A DNA stretch of 63,503 nt, the filler included, from Octopus bimaculoides (lineage: Eukaryota), in the NCBI RefSeq assembly GCF_001194135.2. It is 4 parts of 4 records of this genome, joined end to end, with 100 filler letters (N's around TTAATTAATTAA, not from the genome) between each part and the next. Parts side by side here need not be neighbours in the genome. Positions count along the whole stretch, not along the records: positions 47,666 to 61,984 come from NC_068988.1; positions 62,085 to 63,503 come from NC_068982.1; 2 more parts are not named here. One strand, written 5' to 3'. Position 1 is the first letter of the stretch. Every line of letters begins with the position of its first letter. The translations under genes were made by a program, and so were the position numbers. The notes under the pieces were generated by a model that was not told where the DNA came from, ran no database searches, and was given only the letters and a program-made list of their open reading frames with translations. Shown here one piece after another: positions 53,460 through 63,503 of the stretch.

Positions 53460-55080
53460 ATACGAGAATTTATTATTAATCACGACAATTGTTTCGACAT
53501 ATCTAGCATCGATTCCTCTTGGCTGGGACACTAAACAACTGGTTCAGGAGCATCCGGTCGTGTAGGTGTATCTCGTCGGATGATAAATAAATAAAAACAA
53601 CTCGTTAAAATGACTGTTCCGCAATGTAATTTTCCGTTTTGTTGAGAGAAAAGCAGCCAGACGAAGGAAATATCTTCATTTATATAGAAGATCAAAAATA
53701 TAATCACAGATGACAAAAAAAGAAACGAACTTGCAATCCAACGAGAAAAGTATTAAAAATAACCGTTAACAGATATTGATGTATAAACGCCCTCAGGCAA
53801 GCTGCATGGCGCGAGTACACTTGCTCATACAAGCATCTGCAAAAATGTGAGTATACGCACACGTGAGGTTTGCTGCACTCAGTTGGTGTTTCTAAGAAAA
53901 GGGGTGGGTGGGTTAAAAGTAAACTTAAGTCATCCATACGTTGAAGTAAATTAAGTTAACGGTTACTCAAAATTCATTCTCACTGCATTATGCGAAAGTA
54001 CATTTATATGCATGTAGGCACCTCGAGAGTCGTTCAGAAATTCTATTAATTATATTCTCGTTAGTCCACAGAATACACAGGGATTCCTCGGAGCAGAGAC
54101 TGCATCTCGTGGAAATTATATTGTATGGTTTCGCATAGCTTACTATGGACGAATTAATGCTATACTTCGTTTTATCCTCCTTCAGTAGCCATACAAAATC
54201 TGCTAAAGATGTTGAATGTCTCTTATTGATTGTCTTAAAGCTGGCAACATGGTTACGATAACGATTCTTAAATGAATCAACCGTTTGCCCAATGTAAACA
54301 TAGGCACCCCGCTTGTGTGCACGGTACATTTATATACAAGATTTGTACTCATACAGAGATTCATTAAAGGACATTTTGATTTTCTCTGCATGAGCATTTA
54401 TCGTATTTATTTGCATAATAAAGCAATCCCGACTCCATTTACCGGCGTTGTTACCGTGCTAGCTGTATCATAAGTATTTCTACTACTACAAATTGGTCAT
54501 AAACGGTGTTTATCAATGCAGTTTGCATCTCCTTGGTTGGTATTTAGATGCAAATGTTCGCTAGATCCAGTAGGTGGGTTATTGAACCTTTGCCTCATTT
54601 TGCTATTGTTTATGCGATGAATAAGCTGCTCTAAATTAACAGAGTTGGTGTAGGATACCTTCACGGTGTGTCGATTAAAAATAGCATGATGCCGATTAGA
54701 TTTAGGAAAACACTTGTCCAAAGCAGCAAAACATTTTCCACCGATCTTGGTTGAAACATGCAAACCGAAAATCAGATTGAACCAGAGGACATCCTGATAC
54801 CTATATCTGTTGATAGGCTTATTTGATCGAGTGTGTTGTACAGGTTTGGAACAGGCAGTTGAATTATTATGTCACGTTTGTCTATGAGTTTTCGTTGGTA
54901 GTTCATTGATATGACCAATTCTTTCTGGCCTGTATACTTTATCTGAGTGAGTTCTCAAACGGCGTCGTTGTGGTGGTGTGCAATGTGCATCACAGTTGGA
55001 GGAATTAGCAGTGTTGTGTATGCTTGCTTCTTGTATATATTGAATTTTTTCACGGTACCCAGCCCTAGCTAACGCAGCAT
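53460..55080 (-). mobile_element. Penelope-like element: RT thumb/linker and GIY-YIG endonuclease, decayed
   Basis: DVLWFN..HVSTKIGGKCFAALDKCFPKSNRHHAIFNRHTVKVSY; YVYIGQTVDSFKNRYRNHVASF..HSTSLADFVWLLKE..RCSLCSEE..ERLSRCLH. Confidence 0.9.
53478..53530 (-). ncRNA. Degenerate hammerhead-like motif at the Penelope 3' terminus
   Basis: Minus strand cagcCAAGAG-GAAUCGAUGCUAGAUAUGUC-GAAAC-AAUU-GUC-GUG; palindromic AAUU loop; CUGAnGA box is degenerate. Confidence 0.45.
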
Positions 55081-55218
55081 GAGATTCGAAAATTTTATTG
55101 TAAGCAAATAATCTCTCTCTCCCCTCTCTCTCTCTCTCTCTCTCCTCTCTCTCTCCCTCTCTCCCTCTATATATATATATGTATGTGTATGTATATAATC
55201 TATCTATCTATCTATCTA

Positions 55219-55261
<43 letters not shown>

Positions 55262-55380
55262 NNNNNNNNNNNNNNNNNNNNNNNNNNNNNNNNNNNNNNN
55301 NNNNNNNNNNNNNNNNNNNNNNNNNNNNNNNNNNNNNNNNNNNNNNNNNNNNNNNNNNNNNNNNNNNNNNNNNNNNNNNN

Positions 55381-55421
<41 letters not shown>

Positions 55422-55849
55422 ATATATATATATATAATATTCCTCCAGAGATGAACAACTCTTTTAGCAATGAGATTGAAGTTTGAGGCATGTATGTTAT
55501 CAGTTTGAAAGAGAGTGAATCATGAGTTAATGAGTATATCCGACCAGTTGTTAGGATAGAAATAAACAAAATATTCAAAATATTAACTTCTATGATATAT
55601 TGAACGGTAGTAGAGAATGATACTCGTATGTTATAATGTTGAAATAATGTGAAATATTGTGAGTGTTTGTTAATAGGAATATTGTGTACTTACGAATAAT
55701 TACTATTATCGTTATAGTATATATTTTATAATACGTTCTCACAGTACAAAAACGTAACTTTCACTTTGAGAAGGAAGAATTTTCAGTTGAGTTTTCAGTT
55801 GAAAATTGAAAAGTTGGGTTCATATATATTCTGTTACAATAGCTACTTA

Positions 55850-56870
55850 CTGGTTAGAGCGAGCTGAAACATGTGGCGTGAAGAGACTCTAGTAGAGGAT
55901 TGGTGTAAGGCAGAAGGTATATACCTGCCGAAGGAGGCCAAGTTCAGACCGTTTGCAAGTATGATGCGGAGCGAACGCAGATTTCTTATCAGCAACAGCA
56001 TCAAACGAGAGAAGCAGAGAGAAGAGAGCTTCATTTGATCCAATGTACTCAACAAGGACAGATGACGAGATGGGAGGAACATGTTGTTGAGAGGAAAATA
56101 ACTGGGAAGAGATATGGAGGTAGACCACATCTCGGCTAAGTTTTCTGATTCGTTTATCCTATGACGTTTTGCCATCACCTGCAAACCTAGTAAGATAGAA
56201 CGTCTCAGAGAATGATATATGCAAATGCGGAAAGGTCGGAACACTGAAACATATTCTTTCCAACTGTTCACTAGCATTGAACAAATATACATGGAGACAA
56301 CCTGGTCCTTAAGTTTATCTTCAATGCTATAAAGAACCAAATTGATCTCAACAACAGTGGAAAAAACCGTTGAAATTACCAACTAGAGATTTCATTACCT
56401 TCGTGCGCTCAGGATAGTGGATCCGTTTCAAGAAGAACGACAAACTTCCTGTGAGCGATGAAAAGTGGAACAGCTATTGGGAGGTGACTGCAGATTTACT
56501 AGGGTGTCAGGGACTCTTTCCCATCCCAGTTACGAAAAAACCAGACATTTTAATGTGGTGTGAAGGAAAGAAAATTATGAATCTCGTCGAGTTAACGGTT
56601 CCTCATGAAGATAACATGGACGCCGCTCGGGCTCGAAACATTGACCGTTGTGTAAAATTCCTCGAGAAATGTGAAGACGCAGGCTGGAAATCGGAGCATT
56701 TTCCAATTGATGTCGGATGTAGAGGGTTTGTTAGACACAGTGTGAGATGACTGCTATTATCGTTAGGCCTTACTCACTGTAAAGTAAATACCACCATGAC
56801 TGATATCCAAACTACAGTGGAAAAGGCTAGCCACTGGATTTGGCAAAAAAGAGACGATGAGCGACGCAGG
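55850..56870 (+). mobile_element. HERO-like (R2 superfamily) non-LTR retrotransposon 3' part: zinc knuckle and RLE, decayed
   Basis: QGQMTRWEE..RLSFLIRLSYDVLPSPANL..CKCGKVGTLKHILSNC..YTWR; KKPDILMW..LVELTVPHEDNM..PIDVGCRGF..EKASHWIW. Confidence 0.85.
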
Positions 56871-57413
56871 AAGAATATCAGGCTTTATTTAATAACCAGA
56901 ACTACACCTTACCAAAAATAAATAAATAAATGGATGACAGGATTATAATCTGAATATAACTCAAAGAATATAAAGGACTGGAAAACATTTTTTAAATTTT
57001 TTATTTCTTATTCTCTATTTTTCTCTCTTTTTTCTTTTTCTTTTCTTTCTTTTCTTACCATCCCTAGAAACCATTTCATAACAATGGTGTAAGTAGTAAA
57101 CAAGTTTTTACTTTTATTTATTTATTTATTTGTTCATTTGACAATCCTTAAAAAGAACATTTTAATACAATGAAAAATAGCAGATAGGAAAATGAATAGC
57201 TCTTCTCTCTTTCCTTTACCTACCCATCTTTCTATCTAACTGACAATCTATCTATCTGTCTATCTCTCTGTCTGTCTGTCTTCCATTGTCTTCAAAGCCT
57301 CATCCCCCAAAAAACAAAACAAAAAAAACAACGTTCTCTTATAAACAAAATCCCCCCAAAACATCTGTTTTATATAAATAAGCAAGATATCTGTATATGT
57401 ATGTATGTATGTA

Positions 57414-57468
<55 letters not shown>

Positions 57469-57469
57469 T

Positions 57470-59537
57470 CCCGACATATCAAAACCAAACCAGCCAATCC
57501 CACTCCATGACACTCATTTGACAGCATAAACTTCCACAAAGTGGACTGGGGAGCAATCAGAAAGGATCTGTCCTTCATCGACTGGTCTTTCACTCTCAGT
57601 TCCACTCACATTGAGACCGCATGGCAGCACTTAGAGAACATTATCACCTATACATGCTCAAAGCACGCTCCTACGAAATCCACTAACACAAACAGAAGCC
57701 AGTTCCCTAGAAAGAAAAGAACACTCATCAGTCGCATCAAAAGACTCATTTAAAACATCAACCAATTAAAATACTCCCACATACAACATTCACATTCAAC
57801 AACAATGAAAAGGCTGGAGTTGGAAAAACTTCATCTGCAGACCGACATGAAAACCTCCATTGAAAATCAAAGAGCTGCAGAGGAACAGTAGGTAATCAAA
57901 AACATCAAACAGAACCCAAAAGTGATCTGTTCTTATGCAAATAAGCGTAGAACCGCTGTCTCACCCATTGGGCCATTGATCGATGATAACGGCATTCCCC
58001 AACACAATGCTAAAGAAATGGCAGAAATACTGCAGAAACATTTATTGCTCTTTCTTTAGTGATCCCACTGATATTGACGTAAGAGAAGCGAACGAAGTTG
58101 ATTCCCAACATAAAATCTCGGATATAAACTTCACTGCCTCAGACATAATAACAGCAATAAATGAGGTCAAATACTATTCTGCTGTAGGCCCTGATAGATT
58201 CCCCGATAGTCTCCTGAAGGAATGTAGACAACAACTTGCAGTCCCTCTGACCAACCTCTGGAGAAATTATTTAGACTCAGGTTATATACCGAAACAGCTC
58301 CTATCTCAGTCTGTGATCCCGGTCTTCAATCAGGGAAAGAGATCCCTCACAGTCAACTATCGCCCACGTGTGGTAAGATCAAGGATAGCTGACTTCTTGG
58401 AGATCCACAGACTCCTAAATGCAAATCAGCATGAATTTCGTTGTGGCAGGGACTGTCTAACACAGCTCTTACACCACATTGAAGATATACTTAAAGCCTT
58501 GGGAAGAGGTTCGAACTCTGATGTCATATATCTTGACTTCAGTAATGCATTCGACAGGGTTGACCATAATATCTTACTCTCAAAATTGGCAAATGTTGGA
58601 ATCCGTGGAAAGCTTCTACACTGGATTAAGTATTTCCTGGCGAATAGAACACAACATGTGATCGATGGAATTCACTCAAGCCCAACAAAGGTCACTAGTG
58701 GTGTCCCTCAGGGGACTGTCTTGGCCACGCTCCTCTTTATAATTTACATAAACGACCTTTTCAGCGTCGTAAATCACTGCAAAGTGAAAATATTTGCTGC
58801 TGACACTAAGCTCCAGAAAATCATCAATGAAGAAGACCGAACTCAACTCCAGTCTGATCTATATGCTGTGAGTTAATGGGTAGACAAAAACAAAATGCAA
58901 CTAAACGAGGGAAAATTTGAGCTGATGCATTTTGGAAGAAAGTCTATATTAAAACAGCCATACTCCCTTCCTTCAAGGGAACCGCTCACAGCATCTAATA
59001 ATATCAGAGACCTAGGTGTAATTGTTGATAACAATCTCAGTTGGAGTGCTCACATCAACAATAAGGTCGATATAGCTTGTAGGATGAGCTCCTAGATCTT
59101 AAGAACCTTCCGGTCCAGAGAACAAGGTGTCATCATTCCACTTTTTTCCTCCTTTGTACAGCCACAACTCGAATACTGCTGCCCCTTGAAAAAATCCAGA
59201 GGGCACTCACTAAACGAATTGAAAGCATAACTGATCTCAATTACTGGGACCACCTTAAAGCCTTGAAGCTCCACTCTCTCCAGCGCCGCCGTGAGAGGTA
59301 CATCATTTGTACGATGTGGAGAATATACCGCCAGCATTGCCCAAACGACCTGAACATTAGTTTCATCCAAGGCTGGGACCACGGGCCATACGTCCCCCGC
59401 CCAATTCAGGATCACAATATAGAGGCACACTGCGACACAATTTCTTTTCCTCAACAGGCCCTGCCCTGTTTAACATTGTCCCAGAAATGATCAAAGAGGA
59501 AAAGGATCCCATCACCTTTAAACGGAGTCTGGACAGA
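57470..59537 (+). mobile_element. CR1/L2-type LINE reverse transcriptase region, 5'-truncated and decayed
   Basis: ORF 57983-58876 contains SAVGPDRFP, NYRP, YLDFSNAFDRVDH, SGVPQGTVL..LFIIYINDL, IFAADTKL; downstream RDLGVIVD and KLHSLQRRRERY. Confidence 0.93.
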
Positions 59538-59689
59538 NNNNNNNNNNNNNNNNNNNNNNNNNNNNNNNNNNNNNNNNNNNNNNNNNNNNNNNNNNNNNNN
59601 NNNNNNNNNNNNNNNNNNNNNNNNNNNNNNNNNNNNNGTGTATATACGTACTAAGGAGTGTATACAAATGCGTGTATGTATCCATGTGA

Positions 59690-59872
59690 ATACATGCACA
59701 TATATGTGTGTGTGTGTGTATACATGTGTAAGTAGGTTTGTGTATATATATATATATATGTGTGTGTGTGCACATTCATGTATATGTATGAAATTATATA
59801 TGTGTAGGTGTGTGTGTATATATTTGTATAAATATATATGTATATGTATGTGTATATGGATAGATGTATGTA

Positions 59873-59912
<40 letters not shown>

Positions 59913-59939
59913 CATGTATATGTATGTATGTGTATGTAA

Positions 59940-60025
<86 letters not shown>

Positions 60026-60135
60026 GTGTATGTATGTATGTATGTGTATGCGTATGTTTGTGTGCGTATACATGTATACATGTACATATATATATATATA
60101 TACATGTATACATATGTGCGTATACATGTATATAT
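59690..60135. repeat. Degenerate (AT)/(GT)/(ATGT) microsatellite tract
   Basis: Direct reading. Confidence 0.95.
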
Positions 60136-61392
60136 GATTAGACACATTAATGTCAACACTATTTGTAGAAATACAAGATTAACTGCTTTTACGGTCCCAT
60201 TATAAATAAAACATTCCTCTCCAATTTTTATCGGATTTAAATCATCTTATCTCCCAATTTTATACTCTAAATTTTCTTTTTTCTTTCCTTCTTGTCCAAC
60301 GTACTGTTTAGTAGCGTCCCGACCTCCAATGGCTTTTTCAAATAAATTACGTAACAATCTTCAACTACAGTTCTCATACTCGGTTAAAATGTCTTACGTT
60401 TAAGCTGGTTCCCATGCATTTCCCTGAAGAGATTACATTCTTATCAACATCACCTATTCCTATGGAAGATATAATTTGTAATCTTCGAAACATATGTTGG
60501 AAATAAAAGTATTCAGTTAACATATGCGTTTTACTCCATTTACTAAATTTATATTTATATATNNNNNNNNNNNNNNNNNNNNNNNNNNNNNNNNNNNNNN
60601 NNNNNNNNNNNNNNNNNNNNNNNNNNNNNNNNNNNNNNNNNNNNNNNNNNNNNNNNNNNNNNNNNNNNNNNNNNNNNNNNNNNNNNNNNNNNNNNNNNNN
60701 NNNNNNNNNNNNNNNNNNNNNNNNNNNNNNNNNNNNNNNNNNNNNNNNNNNNNNNNNNNNNNNNNNNNNNNNNNNNNNNNNNNNNNNNNNNNNNNNNNNN
60801 NNNNNNNNNNNNNNNNNNNNNNNNNNNNNNNNNNNNNNNNNNNNNNNNNNNNNNNNNNNNNNNNNNNNNNNNNNNNNNNNNNNNNNNNNNNNNNNNNNNN
60901 NNNNNNNNNNNNNNNNNNNNNNNNNNNNNNNNNNNNNNNNNNNNNNNNNNNNNNNNNNNNNNNNNNNNNNNNNNNNNNNNNNNNNNNNNNNNNNNNNNNN
61001 NNNNNNNNNNNNNNNNNNNNNNNNNNNNNNNNNNNNNNNNNNNNNNNNNNNNNNNNNNNNNNNNNNNNNNNNNNNNNNNNNNNNNNNNNNNNNNNNNNNN
61101 NNNNNNNNNNNNNNNNNNNNNNNNNNNNNNNNNNNNNNNNNNNNNNNNNNNNNNNNNNNNNNATATGTATGTATGTATATATATGTGTGTGTGTGTCTGT
61201 ATACATGGCTATATCTATATATACACACATATATATCTATATGTAGCTATACATATATAGCTATATATATATATATTGTTGTACTTGGGGATGGTCATAT
61301 TTCCATATGGTCATTATGTATGTGTATATATATTATAAACTATATAAAATTAATTTACAAATGTATCGTTAATTCTATTATTATCCAATGTA

Positions 61393-61901
61393 ACATACTT
61401 AGTATGTCCTTTGATTAATTTTAATCCCTCGGCTATTTAAATGCTAATTTTTAGCCTGCTGTAGCCTGTATCATTGATTCTGTTATTATCATTCTTAAAT
61501 TAGTTACATTGGATAATAATAGAATTAACGATACCTTTGTAAATTAATTTTAATAAATTTTATTTCTCGTAAATCTGTAACGAGGTTATTTTACACTGGT
61601 AAGCTGCTATAATTTCGGCGCGAAATGAATCAGTAGCGGCACACACTTCAGAAGGATAGGTTGGGAATCTTTTATCTTAGTAATGCGTACTGAAGAATCT
61701 AAGGCTTATTGTGCCAATGCAGAAACTAGTCCACGTGAATCTAAATATTTAAATGTACGTAAGTAGATTGTCTTCACCAAATTTACCTTCGTTTGATTTC
61801 TGTAGTTATCACCAGTGTATTTTTGGCGATTTAATAACGATTTAATAACGAGTTTAATAACGAGGTCGACATATTTAGTATGTCCTTTGATTAATTTTAA
61901 T
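61393..61901 (+). mobile_element. 476-bp unit bounded by 33-bp direct repeats and containing a hammerhead-like motif
   Basis: ACATA(C/T)TTAGTATGTCCTTTGATTAATTTTAAT at 61393-61425 and 61869-61901. Confidence 0.7.
61686..61735 (+). ncRNA. Type I minimal hammerhead-like motif with intact core boxes
   Basis: CGUA-CUGAAGA-[aucuaaGGCuuauuguGCCaaugca]-GAAAC-UA-GUC-CACG; palindromic ACUAGU stem III; stem II is imperfect. Confidence 0.6.
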
Positions 61902-62138
61902 TATAAACTATATATATAGCTGTATATATATTGCTATATATGCAGCTATATATAAATATAAATATAAATATATATATATATATANNNNNNNNNNNNNNNN
62001 NNNNNNNNNNNNNNNNNNNNNNNNNNNNTTAATTAATTAANNNNNNNNNNNNNNNNNNNNNNNNNNNNNNNNNNNNNNNNNNNNTATATTCATTATACAT
62101 ATGCATGTATATAGATACAAAATGAATGCATATGCACG

Positions 62139-62214
<76 letters not shown>

Positions 62215-63463
62215 AATGTATAAATAGATAGATAGATAGATAGATAGGAAGAGAAAAGGGGGAAAGTAAGAGAAGAGAACGAAAACATCCTTTATTAAGA
62301 GGGATTAGATATCCGAAGAGGCCTCAAATTCATGATTCGACTGTTCACGACGAAATTGATTCGTAGCTGTTGAAGTAATTTCTCAACAAAATATGACGTC
62401 AAAGTTTTACACAAAGAAATATTAATCGAAAAGCATTAGTATATATCGAAAAGTTCCACGGCTTCTATGAACTGTAAGAATGTCGGAAATATATTGAGAA
62501 GTATGAAATATATATTTACATACACATATATTTACTTACATACACACATGATGACACATATAAATATAAACTTACATGTGCACAAACCTCAGCATTCGTC
62601 TAGCAAAATTTCAACTATTCGTGTTATTATATAAAGTAGGATGCACGTCAAATATACTTTAATTTTAAATAAATGCAGAGAAAGGGACGGAATGAGAGGA
62701 TGAGATAAACTAAAGAGACAGTGACGTCATAAATTTTGCTACATTACATTGATGATTTCTCCCACTGCAGTTCTGTATCACCTTAACCTTCTCAACTTTC
62801 TGCTTTCTTTCGCTTGTTTATTCTTATTCTTACAAAACCGTCTCTGATTTACTTACACTCTCTCGCTCTCCCATTTCCTCTCCCATAATGAGCTAGCTTT
62901 TATGTCTCTTTTGTTTTCTCTCTTATTCTTACTCTTCGGTATAAGTACCACCACCACCAACACCTCAACCACTACTGCCGCCGCTGTCACTGCCATCATT
63001 TCTCATTTTCTCATCTATTTGTCTAAATTATACGTTCTCTTCCTGTATTTCACTGCTTCTCTATATATTTCTCTATTCCACCATTCACATTATCAACAAC
63101 GTCAGTGTCGCCACCACCACCACCACTACAACCACCACCACCACCACCACAGCCACTGCAATACCTACCAATTATGTCTGTTTTACTTTTTGAGTTACTT
63201 CCCGTTGAGTAACGCAAAAAGTGTGTATAGATGTATTACAAATATTTATATACACTCACAAACATGAATGAAATTATTTGTTACATATATAAATGTAAAA
63301 TCCAGGTATCGAGGTGTAGGAAGAAAGTTAGCTTCAAGCAATCCGTAGTAAATACAAAAAAACAACTTCCAGGGACAATAGTGGTTTATTTTTCCATTGG
63401 TTTTTCAAATAATCTCACTAACTTCCCACCTGTAATGCACATACACACCCACCCACGCGCATA

Positions 63464-63503
<40 letters not shown>

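Noticed and set aside
57983-58876. 297-aa RT ORF as an active or domesticated reverse transcriptase
   Set aside because: The catalytic FADD motif reads FAAD, there is an internal deletion after NYRP, and stops and frameshifts flank both sides
62902-63267. 121-aa His/Thr-rich ORF
   Set aside because: Derived from CAC/ACC low-complexity repeats and pyrimidine-rich sequence; no domain signal

Overview
AT-rich, microsatellite-dense animal genomic DNA from a short-read draft assembly. About 6 kb is N gaps; three gaps carry an artificial TTAATTAATTAA linker. The tRNA-derived SINE families and repeat landscape suggest a coleoid cephalopod, most likely Octopus (inference). No intact, recognisable protein-coding gene was found, and most entries in the ORF track are translated microsatellites or run through gaps. 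The supportable content is a graveyard of transposon fossils: three distinct RLE-type non-LTR retroelements (R4/Dong-like, HERO-like, one unassigned), a Penelope-like GIY-YIG element, a CR1/L2-type RT, a Helitron Rep/helicase remnant, three Tc1/mariner-type remnants and about 20 SINE copies. The most interesting observations are: (1) five minimal hammerhead-ribozyme-like motifs, one inside a 476-bp unit bounded by direct repeats (retrozyme/Penelope-terminus-like); (2) a near-perfect 148-bp palindrome and an ~860-bp foldback element; (3) several minus-strand, stop-poor fossil reading frames of unknown family, one ending in a TM-like segment and one with ~450-bp internal periodicity; (4) weak candidate exons. 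All identifications are by eye from motif knowledge; no database search was run.
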